Below are positions 42,897 to 55,300 of a stretch of 64,000 bases of DNA, one piece after another. The stretch comes from Cercozoa sp. M6MM (Eukaryota > Protista > Endomyxa: Ascetosporea). Below the pieces are notes generated by a model. The model was not told the origin of the DNA. It searched no databases and saw nothing but the letters and a program-made list of their open reading frames with translations. The stretch lies in NCBI GenBank assembly GCA_040357565.1, contig JBDODJ010000027.1. One strand, 5' to 3'. Both the position numbers and the translations under genes were made by a program. Positions within the stretch are counted from its first letter, which is position 1; every line of letters starts with the position of its first letter.

Positions 42897-44105
42897 ACGT
42901 GTGTGTGTGTACACGTGTGTGTGTACACGTGTGTGTGGTGCTGTATACAGGGACGGCCACTGTCAGAAGTGGACATCAACATGCGCTCACAGGTACACAC
43001 ACACGCACACACCTGACAACTGCACACACACAGGCACACACCTGCACACCTACACACCTCTGCAATGATAGACCAACCTCCTTGACTCGCGCTGGGTGGT
43101 TCCAGTCGCCGTTCAGACGGGCTTCTGGACGGCGCAACTGCAGCCGAAACTTCTGCCGGCGCACATCAACACTACACCTGCGTCTGGTGCACTGAACCTT
43201 GGTAGTATCAGCAACAGTCGCATTAGCAACAACAGCAGCAATAGCAATGAATCGGAGTTCGACGCTGATGCCATTGCAGCTGCCATTCGCAATGTCTCTG
43301 TACGTTTCACACACTTCCCTTTCGATGTGCTATGTATGTTGGTATGCTTTGCCTTTGTACAGAAAGTCAAAGCGACTGTGTCTGGCAGCAAGAAGGTCTA
43401 CAAGTGCACACTGTGTGATAAACCGCTGTCTTCAAGGCAAGCACTCAAGGTACACCCAGGATGGTTTGCTTTTTACTCGCTCTCTGACTTCTATAATGTG
43501 GTACTGTCAGAGACACCTGCGAACTCACAGTGGCGAGCGACCTTTTGAGTGCCCTATCTGTCAGAAACGATTCCGGTATCTTTTTTGTCTCGCATTCATT
43601 ACTGTTGTGTGTGATTGGGTTGGTTTTTGTGCGCGTAGTGTGAACTCGAACCTCTTGCGACACAAACGGTACACTTATGTGTGTCTTCTGCTTCAAGAAA
43701 CTATCAGCTAAGTATTCTCTTTGTGACAGAATGCACGAGAAGAAAATGCGAGAGCAGCAACAGTCGGTGCTGACGTCATTGAGTGCTCCTTCGAATGCAA
43801 CCACTCCGATCAGCACCTCGACACTGTCACTGGGCCTTCCCGGCAATCACAGTCACAGCTACCCACTCAGTCGCAGCAGCACGCCTACTCATGCAATGTC
43901 TCAGCCACCAACTGCTCCCTCCTTTGCACCCACACCTCCCTCGCAGTCTTCCTTCTGCTCGACAACGGTATCCACAGTCTTCTCGACTGTGCCGACTGTG
44001 CCGTTAGTCATCACGGTCCCTGCCTTCCCGCCTGCGCCTGTAACGTTGTGGGACTACGAATCTGATCCGCTGGTGAGCCAAAGTTGCCAGTGCTCAAGAT
44101 ACTAG
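42185..44105 (+). CDS. C2H2 zinc-finger transcription factor with polyQ
   Basis: YKCTLCDKPLSSRQALK|RHLRTHSGERPFECPICQKRF|SVNSNLLRHKR|MH; polyQ at 42525-42617; S/T/P-rich tail. Confidence 0.85.
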
Positions 44106-44138
44106 TACTCGGCTTATAATATCTGAACTTCGCTTGCT

Positions 44139-44442
44139 CCGAGAACAAGAGTGGGGTTAACCGTATAACGGTATACGATACTTTACGCAGTTTGAGCGGA
44201 TGGCACCATCAACAACCTCTGTTAGTAATTTAAAGATAAGTTCGGGTAATTACTGTACCTGGTATTTACCCTGGGTTTATCAAACTTTGTTCTCGTGGCT
44301 CTGTGGCTTGAAGAAACATGTCTTGTGTCGCTACTAATTACTAGCGCTGTCTAGGCCTCTAAACGTGCGTTTTAAGACAAAGGGTCGGGTAAATTAACTT
44401 ACGGGTAATTACCCGGCCAATTACCAAACCTTTTGTTCTCGG
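44139..44442. mobile_element. MITE-like element
   Basis: Terminal inverted repeat CCGAGAACAA / TTGTTCTCGG; internal GGGTAATTAC repeats including the palindrome GGGTAATTACCC (44403-44414); AT-rich and non-coding; no clear target-site duplication. Confidence 0.5.
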
Positions 44443-44496
44443 TGTTGCGTTGCATTGCTATGCTGGTGCTTTAATCGGTCGCGAATCAGAGTTGAC

Positions 44497-45871
44497 ATGA
44501 GTACTTTAGAGTCGGATCTTGATCAATTTTCGTCGTGGCGTTTCGTGAGTTGGGGACGGAGTTCGCTTGCGTTTCTTTCGCTTCCTGCGTCAGTGTTGCG
44601 ACGGTATTAGAGTTCGAATCTGGAGAAGAGGCCTTGTGCCACCATGCAGCAAGTGTGCTTTGATGCAATTGTCCCTGTTCCGGCAGACGCCTTGTGTTTC
44701 GCAAAAGTCCCTGCGGCCACAGATGCCTGGTAAATATCGAACACCCGTCGTATACCAGTGGAATCCTTAGGACAGCAATTCATTATTAATCTGTTTCTTT
44801 AGGTGCACGGCAAGGAGATGTGTGGACGTGCCTCAGCTGTGTTCGTCCAAGTCAGCACCGACACCTGCACCAACAGACGACACTAGTAATTACCAATGGA
44901 ATCACAGTGCGAGATGTGAGTTCGACGTAGCGTCGCAACAGTGTGTCTCCAAGACCACAATTTGGTGCGAGGAAGTAGGCACTCAAAGTAGGTACAGTTT
45001 GTTTCGTCTGTGCGTTTGCATGTATGTCTCCATAAAACTTAAAATACTTGAACAGAGTGACGTCGCCCAAGTGTCGAGCACAGGAACCGCCCAACTTGGA
45101 GGACGATGTCTCGTGCAATGATAACTCCTGCATAAAGTAAAGAAAACACATAACTCGTGTGCATACTTACCAGAATCCCACTACCGTACACATGGACAGT
45201 GAGGCCTGGGAAGGTGGGCAGTCTCGGTGGAAGTACACTGGGTGGTCGCAATGCCAGCGCTCCACGAACAACGGCTGTGCACTGAAGCGCCATGTGCACT
45301 GTCAAAGCGACTTCTGGATCCTTCCTGACGAATGTACGGAGCTCTACATTGGTCTAACACCTATTTTTAGTGTACCATGGCTAAACGCTTAGTCTGCGCG
45401 GCGACGGGCGTCAAACCGGCTGCGCTCAAATCCTGCGATTGGTATCAGTAAACTTATTGCCAGTTGATGGCTCAAGCACGTACGAGTGTATTGAATCTGT
45501 AGTGACCAAGCAACAGACGCTCCGACGGACACCGTAGTAACGCAAAAAGTGCGGGATGCTCTTGTTTCGCTTGGGCTGTATCTGGGGTAAACTTGATTGT
45601 CAAATTGACTGACCTGGGTGTCCGTTTGAGACAAACAACTTTGTAGTGCACAACTTGTGTTTTATTGGCAGGACCGGATTACAAGCTCGAGTCGACAAAA
45701 GAGGCGTCAGTAAACTGCGACGTCGAGTTGCGTATCCACATCCTCTCATACTGATTTCCTAGAGGACTAAGCACATCGGACAAGAATGCATCTTGCAGAG
45801 GCGAGCTGCAAGTGGATGTCTCACATGTGAAACTAATTTTGCGAGGCAGCGTCGGCCATCCCGATGTAAGC

Positions 45872-45907
<36 letters not shown>

Positions 45908-46009
45908 NNNNNNNNNNNNNNNNNNNNNNNNNNNNNNNNNNNNNNNNNNNNNNNNNNNNNNNNNNNNNNNNNNNNNNNNNNNNNNNNNNNNNNNNNNNNN
46001 NNNNNNNAT

Positions 46010-46057
<48 letters not shown>

Positions 46058-46293
46058 CCCTAGCTTACTTTGATACACAGACCTTGGTCGTGGACGTTCA
46101 CCTCACACCGAGCGCTTCCGCACAAGTCTTGGCCCGTACAAACTCCTCATTTTCGTAGCCCACACCTTGGTTTTGCATTTGCCTGACAACCAGATTTCCC
46201 TTTGTAGAACACGCAGCGTCGAACAGTGCAACATCGGTCCGCGCGGTGTCGTTGTTGACGTCGTTGGCATTGCTGGCTCTCTTCGTTGCCTAA
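44497..46293 (+). CDS. Cys-rich surface protein with about 3 ADAMTS-type TSP1-like repeats and a GPI-anchor-like C-terminus
   Basis: RWKYTGWSQCQRSTNNGCALKRHVHC...C...KPAALKSC and two related repeats; C-terminus AASNSATSVRAVSLLTSLALLALFVA*. Signal peptide/true start not found; N-gap inside. Confidence 0.6.
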
Positions 46294-46562
46294 AATAAGG
46301 CCAAGAAACCAACTATGTAGTTCCCCTCAGTCAAACTCTGGGGGTGGGTCGCAAGTGCATGGCCGTTTCAGTAAATTAGTCCCCTTTTGAAGTTCCCCGG
46401 GACACCTTCTTTAAGGTTGGTTGATACAGTCGGTGGGTAAATGCCAACGACGCGAAATTAAATTAAAAGAACCGGGCTTCCGTCGCCATGCGCGACGGTT
46501 CAACCCCCACTGGGGGGGGGGGGGGGGGTTGTAAACTGAAAATCGTACAGTACGCGCACAAT

Positions 46563-46640
46563 AGTTAGTTAGTTCAGTCTACGAAGAAACCAACGATCTA
46601 GTTCCCCTGTACCAATCGTTGGGTGTGTCACGAGCTCCTC
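46563..46640 (-). mobile_element. 3' end (stem-loop + CTAA tail) of the LINE/SINE-like family; partial second copy at 46303-46352
   Basis: TTAGTTAGTTCAGTCTA..AAGAAACC.ACGAT.TAGTTCC..TGTACCA shared with 55553-55610; tail also at 8207-8226. Confidence 0.7.
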
Positions 46641-47350
46641 TGCTCTGCGTTTGACTCTTCGAGCGAGCCTCAGGCGTTTCCGCCTTGCTTCTCTTTCTTC
46701 TTCTTCGCCGTTCTTTCGTCGACTACTCCGACATAAGAATGTTACCGCAGCCTTTAGTAATTCAGGTTTGGCAGTGCAAAAAGAGTACTATACCAGGAAA
46801 AAGACAAAGAAACAAATGGAATCGACATGAAGTATTGAGTCAGTAGACGTAGGCAGTTCAGATGTAGTTACTCCAAGATAGGGTCGGCAAAGTACAGGAA
46901 GCGAGGCCCGGCAGTAGTCAGAAGAAGGAAGGAAGGAGAAGAAGGGACGTAAGAAAAAGGCTCTCTGTGCTGGGAAGGCAGCAAAAGGGCCAGGATTACG
47001 TGTGAGTGCAAGGACTGGAGCCTGGAGAGGTGCTTTACCTGGTCAGTAGAGAACCTTTTGCAGGAAAAGGAAAGGAGCAATCTATGCTCTTTCGAGGTCG
47101 TCTACCAAGCACAGGGTAAGGAGGTCAGGGTACCAGACAAACACAATACAACACTCTAGCTAAGGGTCCTAAATGAGTGACTTTCTCCCGCGCGGAGCAC
47201 CAGGACTCAGATAAACCTGACTGACCGGATAGACGAGAGAACACCGTTTCGTAACAAGAAAGACGAAAGGTCGCAACGCCGACTCGTTCGACTGGTATCC
47301 GTGCGTGTCGTGTGACCGTGCGCTGACGGCTTACATTGGCCCACACCTCA

Positions 47351-48695
47351 TCACGCACCCGACTCTTGTGGCATGTCGCTGCCAGTACTCACGTCGTGTT
47401 CAACGTCAGTTTTTGTCAACTGCACCGAGTGCGATTCCCCTGCAAAACACCACATCACTTGACTCAAGCAGACACGAAGCAGAAATGTGCTGCAATGCTC
47501 TACCAGCAGCACGTGTCGACTTTGTGCGCGTTTGAGTGCGACTCTTATCTGTGTATGTTTGTTGTGGTGCTTCACAGAAAAGAAGGGTCACCAAAAAGCA
47601 TGTATATTTACCCGTATAGGTGCGAGTCTGCGTCTGCAGGTGACTTTCGCCCCACCGGCCTGTGTACGTACGTATACGGGTGCAACGAGAATGCAGGATA
47701 TGCGATGTGATTAAAGAAGTCCAACCACAAGATATGAAGTGCAAGAACGCAGCTGCGGTTTCAAGCGAGCACCAGAAGATTCCTGCTGCACGTACCGACA
47801 GTGAGAGAGCACACCAGAGAAAGTAATTTACATTCTCTGCAAACAACTCTAACTCTACCAAAGAAAGCAAGTGGAACAAGCAGAAGTCCAATGCGCATCG
47901 CGGCATCCAGTGTCGGCGGGAACAAGTGCGAGTACCTAAGTCCAATAGCACATACGAAAAGTAGATAATTGTTTTAAAAAAACGAAAAGAGAAACTAAAT
48001 TTACGTTTTCTCCATGCAGTTCTCGTATGCAATGGTTCGCATGGTGCTGAGGCACTGTTGTAAAACACACACAGGTACACAGGTACACAGACACACAGAC
48101 ACAGACACACACAGTGTCGTTGCACCCACCAACCCTACCTTCTCGAGCGACATGCCAGATTCGATTTCATCACAGGGTCCGTAGCTCCCTGTCCGCATAT
48201 ATCCAAACAGTTCAGAGGGTCTCTGTCGTAAAGTTGTTGATACCAGTCAGCGTAACAGCGAGCACGATATCCTGCAAACAGCACACTCAGAGAAGAAGGA
48301 CATGACTGCTGGACATAACATTCTGTGTCCTACACGGTGCGGATAGTCTTCGCCCATACAAACCACCAAATCTACAGGACACAACAAACACTCCCAACTT
48401 ACAAGACAGAACAAACACTGCAAGACACCATCAACAGCATCGCTAAACTCGTTCAGCGAGATTGACACTATAAACATACAAATATCGATTGGAAAACGCA
48501 GAAGGAACGAACTGAATGCACTTACACTGAATAAAGAAGACACAGAGTGACGTCAAAGTGATTAAATACAACGGCACGAACAAGGCAAATTTCTGCATGA
48601 ATAAGAAGACCAAACGCATCACGGACTGTGTGCGTAAAAAAGTATTAAACAATAATACTGTAAGTGTGCGAAGACTGTCATATCGCTTGATCTAC

Positions 48696-48745
<50 letters not shown>

Positions 48746-49908
48746 TAAATGTATCCACGTACTACATAAACGTGCAAGAGTAAGCTACCGACAGAGCGGC
48801 CTTGCAGGTGTCAACCAGCAGAATGGCTTGCAGCACAAGCCCGATTCCTGCATTCACAGGCACGAAACAATACCGCCTCCTCACATGGTATTCCACAGGT
48901 GACTACACAGATACAAAAAAGAACTGCATACCCAGCAGTGTACAGTGCGGCACCAGGAAACACACAATGATCCAGTTCGACGACTGCGCCGATGACAAGA
49001 AACATAGCGGCGACCCTGGAAAAAAGGAGGATCTGCTACATCACGAATGTCTACTTTGCCTTTTCTTTGCTTACCAGGATTGTAGCGGTACTGTCCGGCA
49101 ATGAGCGGAACCACTGCGCACAGTCCTGCCAGTGCCCAGGACGCCTGGAAATGAAAACAGAAATAAATTTAGTCTCAGAAACGACTCCTGAAGAAGACAA
49201 AAAATTAAATACGGCGTGCATGAAAGGTTCAAATGAAGCCAAGTTTTGTGACGTTGCATTTTTCCGGATGCCAAGGACCACCATGTACTGCAATCAAACA
49301 GTGCGTTATCGCAAGGCATGTTTTAAAAAACTTTGAACGGAGAGTGTATCGTACGAAAAGTGCAAAGCAAAAGCACGCCCACCAAGCAGACATGCCTGCA
49401 TAAAAATGCACGAGCATGCATGTAGCTATTTCAAAAGTTAACGTGTCTGATAGCATCCTCAAGTACCGATACTTCCGAATACGAAGAGAAAGCCTGTGAA
49501 TGCGCACTGCGACGACTCATTCGCCTCGGTCGCTGATGCACCGCAGTTTTCCAGTGTTTGACTGTTAGTTAACTCATTGGGGTTTACCACTTCCAGCAGC
49601 ACATTCGTCGTTCGGAATTCTGTGCTCAAGTGAACAAACATGTGAGCACAGACAGGGGTAGGAGACATAGAACAATGCGTTACAGCAGCGATATTGAGAA
49701 AATCAGCAACGACACCGCAAAGTACGCTAATCCATCATCGCACATACAGTGAGGCTTAAAGGTATGGCGAAAGACTCAACACACCAGCAATTCGGGAGGG
49801 GAACTGTTGACGTGGCTTGTATGATGCCCAAGTTACGCACACCTGGAGGTAGAACACATAAACACATAAACACATAAACACATAAACACATAAACACATA
49901 AACACATG

Positions 49909-49956
<48 letters not shown>

Positions 49957-49966
49957 NNNNNNNNNN

Positions 49967-50015
<49 letters not shown>

Positions 50016-51799
50016 AAACTTGCACGATAAACACGACAGTCCACGTACAACAAGCGAAATGACGAGTCCAATGATTCCCGCCGACGACAGGAGGCCGTCT
50101 GGACCCCATAAAATCTATATCGACAAAGCACCTGTAGTATCGTTTTACCAAGGGCATTTTGTGTCCTTTCTGAATAGCCGCGAGGCGCAGGACATTGCAT
50201 CTGTGCATTCGTGCTATATGACAAGGCGGCACCCCAAGAAGCTACAGGAGTACCGCGCAGGCCTCGCCATTTTCGGTCGGAACTTTCGGAGACTCACACT
50301 GCAGTGCGACCGGTCCTTCCATCTTTGCCAACGTATCCCAGATGTCAAAGCACGACGCGTCGTGCCTCTGTTCGGCATTGTCGACAAAGTAGGTCGGCCT
50401 GGAAAGAAACAGTTACCCATACTCAAAACAGAACATGATATATGAAGGGCACCTATCAGCCACAAGCATGGAAGCGAACGGCAGTCGCTCGTTGTACACC
50501 GGTGGGATCGCCCACTACATCACACAACAACATACAATATAAGCATGCCATACCGGTACCCGACCCTGTATCACTGTGGCTTACGCTATGCCCAAAGCCG
50601 TAGTCGCCTGTCCAAAATTTGACAATCAAAGGCAAAAACGATTAAAAGGTTAGGCGGAATTGGTGTTACCAAAGTCGAATTTGGGACATGGAACGTCGAG
50701 TTTGAGTGCCTGTTTTATTGTGATATTCAACAATTGAAGTCCATAGGAAATTAAATCCTTCAATTTACTTTGAGAACAACGTTGAGTCTCGGACACTCCG
50801 ACTTGAGTCGAGTACACACTACATTAATCGTTGCAAACAAACAAAGAGAGCAAACGTAAAAGTTGTAATCGATAAATTTACTGTTGGGACAAAATGGCCG
50901 CCGGAACACTCTACATTTTTTTGCATTGCACTCTGCATACAGAGGAGAACATAGAATTACAAACATGTTATCGATACTCTGTGGTCACGTTGCTGACAGT
51001 TTGGTTGGAGGCAGGAATTTGGTCAGTGCTAAAGTTACGGTGATAAAGTATGCCACACGCACAGCATCAAATTCACAGTCTTGTGATTTACCCAGGATCC
51101 CGCCAAAGTTTAGTTGAGCGCTGTCGATTCGTTGTGCTCAACAATCGCGCCCACGGAGGGAAGTAGCATGCCACACGCCAGCATGTAGGACTTGACGACG
51201 CCTGCACCAACAAACGCAGTGTATACTCAGAAAAGTGATGACATCGATGTTCAGTTTAATTTACAGTCAATGCCGTCGTCGGCCACAGCAGAAGAAATAA
51301 ACTGGTGAAGAGTTTCGATGTCATTTGCTCTTCTCTGTGCGCCGCGTTAGGATTGTAAAATTAAATCCTCTGGGAGGGGTAGAACTGCGAGGCAACACAA
51401 AAGGCACCTCAGGCGTGTCATCCCCTCGAGAGCCAGCAGCGAATCCGGCGAACTTCGCGAACTTCGGGTTCTCACTAAAACTCAGTAAAATATGATATGC
51501 ACCTCAGGAACCAAGCTTCGTGTAGGAACTTACTTTTTTGGATCGGCGCTGGCCATCAAGTTAGCGCATAGCCGTCTTCCTTTTGCCGACACATCTAAAA
51601 CCTACAGCATCACCGCACATCGAGAATTTTTTGATACGTTAAAACGATGGGAACTCCTAGTGTTCGACACCTTCAGCGGCGGGCCGCCGGTATATGACCT
51701 GATTTCAACAAAGAGTGAGCTTTCGCGTACCCACTCTTCGGGCGGAACCACTGCCCAAACCGTGCTGATGACGGTCGCGAGAGACAGCACAAGCCACAT
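47351..51799 (-). CDS. Frizzled/Smoothened-like (class F) 7TM receptor with signal peptide and Cys-rich ectodomain
   Basis: Signal MWLVLSLATVISTVWA; CRD-like CSPLYAEC...VCTRLKSECP; VTWASYKPRQQFPSRI; QCAFTGFLFVFGSIGMSAWWACFCFALF; EPFMHAASWALAG; GSPLCFL; MRIGLLLVPLAFFGIFWCSLET. All are in class F order. Confidence 0.8.
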
Positions 51800-52270
51800 C
51801 GTGCGAATGGTCCAGCCGGTTGCCGTGGTCAAGCTTAATTGCTGTCAACTAAGTTGAGTGTGCGACCTTCGAGCGCGCTTTGCAAGCACTGCGGAGCACT
51901 AAGCAGTCGACAAAGATGAGCAAAATAACCCCCTGTTGATCCAGCCACACGATTTTTTTGTATCAATGTCAGCCGTCAGTTGACTTCTTCAATTGACCAC
52001 AATATCAGCAAGATATTAAACCGAACGACGCGTCCGGCGCTGTGTTGAGCCTTTTGTAGCCTTAATATCGATAAACATGCAAACAACAAAAAATAATAAA
52101 ACTATATCGAGAATAATACTTACAGTAATTCTTATTATTTTTTTGAAAGAAAAAACAACTCGTCCCCTCGGGACCGATCAAGTTTAATCAAGCATTCTGA
52201 AAACCAGTTGTACTGTACACGAGAGGTTGCCAGCGTGTGCGTGTGCTTCCATAAGTAGTGGGGTGGCTTT

Positions 52271-54889
52271 GCCGCCTCGTAAATCTGGGCATGGCGAAAT
52301 GTACTTCTGCGCTGCGCCTGGCGCTTGCCGCCTCCACGATCGTCGTGCTGGTGAGTTTTGGTGCTCTGTTTTTTACGCGACAACAAGAGATCAGCTTCGT
52401 GACACGCCCACCGGACACAGATGATGTATGTTCTTCCTTTGCCTGTTCAAGATTTTCACGTGCGCACTTGTTTCTCCAGTGGATGGAGGACCTGCAACAT
52501 GGCACATGTGTGCAAACGAATGCATCGTTAGACTTCTCATGTCCACCTATTTTGAATCCGTTCACCGGTATGTCTGTGTATCCGCCTGGGTGGTATTGTA
52601 CAAGTGAGTTTGCACCTGTGGTATCTTTGGATTATATTTAGCGTCGCCGAGTGCTAGATTCGAGCGTCGCGTTACTTTTGTTGAACCGCGAGGAGGCTCT
52701 ATGTGGGTCAAGGTACACTTTTGCGCTATGACCGTTGGGCAACTATTGAGTCAAAGTATCGCATTATTCCAGGGCGGGTTGCATGCTTTCCTGTGGGAGC
52801 AAAACTACTGTCGGCGTGGGTCTGTAAGCCTTGCCTCCTTCTACTCCTCTGTGACTTTCTCGATGGCCTTGTTTCACTCCATCAAAGTAGACTTGTCTGT
52901 ACGATTTGTTCCTGCTTCACCGCGTCACTCGTGATGACCCCGACTGCGACACAAAGTACCCCTTTCTGCCTTCTTCTTGCCTTCGTTCAAGCGTGTTGGG
53001 TGCAGACAGTTCCCCGAGCAGTGCGGCACTGGCATTCCAGGACCGACTCGCAAAGGTACCGACAGTTTGTAATAACGTTCGATGTCTGAAGCGCTGTTGT
53101 TGTCCAGAGCTGATGAAGTGGGTGCTTGTGGGATCGCGGATACCCAACACGGGTATCTTCCCAGTCCACCTGCCCGAAAAAGCTCGCGCTGGTGCCTGGA
53201 AGGTGCTCTCGTGTCCTTTGTCTGTGTGTACGTATGTGTGTATGTTAATGTGTGTACATGTGTGGTACTTTGTCTGCCTGCTCCAGGCTGTGTTGAGAGA
53301 CTCGAGTGCCGCGGAGGTGAACTCGACAGTGCAGCACGGCTGGCAGGTCGTGTCGGCACCCAACAACGGCGACACTAACATCGGCGCGAGGGAGTACCAC
53401 ACCTACATGCAGGTACGCACGCACACACACACATGCAGCCTTTTGAGTATGTATGCACACCCTTGTGCAGTATGTGTTTGGTGCCTCTGTTTTGTCCTTC
53501 CTGGCCTCGCTGGTACGCCGCTTCTTTGTGTTGGTCTGTGTGCGTGCTTGACTGCATGTTTGTGTTGCTTTGGACACAGGCAGGTCTGGCAGTGGTCTTT
53601 GGCAGCCCCGAACGTCCTTCCAACCACTATGTGCCACTACACTTCCTACACTTCCTAGTTGCACCCTGTGTTATCCTTTATATTTCTCGTTCTCGTAGGA
53701 CGCGGCGTTTTCACCAAGTGTGAATTTTGTGCAAAACAACTACGGCACACCAGTCGTGCACAGCCATCTGACCACTGATCCAGCGATCGTTCAGCCCGGT
53801 CAGAATCATCCGATAGTCGCTGGTCAAACCGAAACGCCGAATGCGTCGCCAGTGAGACCAGAGACGGCGACAAACAAAGCGGTACACATTTCCTTGTTGA
53901 CCAAACATTATGACAACACGTACATGAGACATTTTTACTGGGCAGCATGTGTGCTCGGCACCCAAGTGCGGCGCTGAATTCTGTAACTCGCCTTGTGTGT
54001 TCTTGTACTTGTGTTGTGTATGTGCGTGTGCGTGATACAGCCTCACTGGCGCGATTACAGCGACATACGGCCGCTCACAAGAGTACGACAGCACACATCC
54101 TGACGTACTATGGGCTGTTGTATTTGCACCTTGTTTCCGTAGAGTTCGGCACTGCACGACCCTTCGTGTGTCCTGTTTGTGACAAGTAATGCTCAAACAC
54201 ACCATCTTTCTGCAGTTCAATCTTCTTGTGCCTGCATAGGGCCTTCACGAGAAAGTGCAACAGAACGCGGCATTTGGTGACTTTGCTCAGACCTCCATAT
54301 TCGTTGTGTGTTCATTTTCTAGCGTGGTATTTGTTATAGGTGAGCGTGCACTCGGATGCGAAACCCTTCAAGTGTCCCTCGTGCAATAAGTAAACCTTGA
54401 CGTTCTCCTCAGTATTTGAGTGAATGGATGCATTTATGTGAGACTGACAGGGCCTTTAGCGACCGCAGCAACATGGTCAAGCATGCGCGAAAACAGCACC
54501 ACACGCAGCATGCTGTAAGAATTAACTCTGCTTTAATATAGTCGCATACATGGGTGTATGTACACCGACAGGAACTGGCGACCACGCGGACATCGCTCGC
54601 TGAGATTGCGTACTTTGAGCTGCCCATTTTAATTACCTCCCCCCCCCCCCCATCTTTGTTTTTCGACCAGTGCAACGGCGGTGCATTCACATACGCGTGG
54701 ACGAAACAATCGCAGCAGTAGACCCAACTGTCACAACAACAACAATAACAACAACAACAGCAACAACAACAACAACAATAGCAACAACAACAATTACACC
54801 AGCACTGGTGCGACTATCTTCTCCCAGTCTAACAGTCTCCACGATATGGTTCAGGTAGTCTTTGTACAGACTCTTTTGGTGGTATCACT

Positions 54890-54940
<51 letters not shown>

Positions 54941-55049
54941 CTACTGCGGTCGCAGATGCTGATGCAACGGCATGCCGAGGTTGCCGGTGGCAGTGCAGGC
55001 AACTGCGCCGACATGGTGCACACTCCCTTGCTGCATCAGCAACAACTGC

Positions 55050-55092
<43 letters not shown>

Positions 55093-55251
55093 CCAAAAAC
55101 AACAACACCAACAACAACAACAACAACAACTGCAACTGCAACAACCGATGCCGCTGCCTTCGACACTGCTGCCGTTATCGCTGGACGAGCTGCTGCAACC
55201 CTTGCCACTGCCTCCACCGTATTGCTCCACTCTATCTCGTCACACACACAC

Positions 55252-55300
<49 letters not shown>

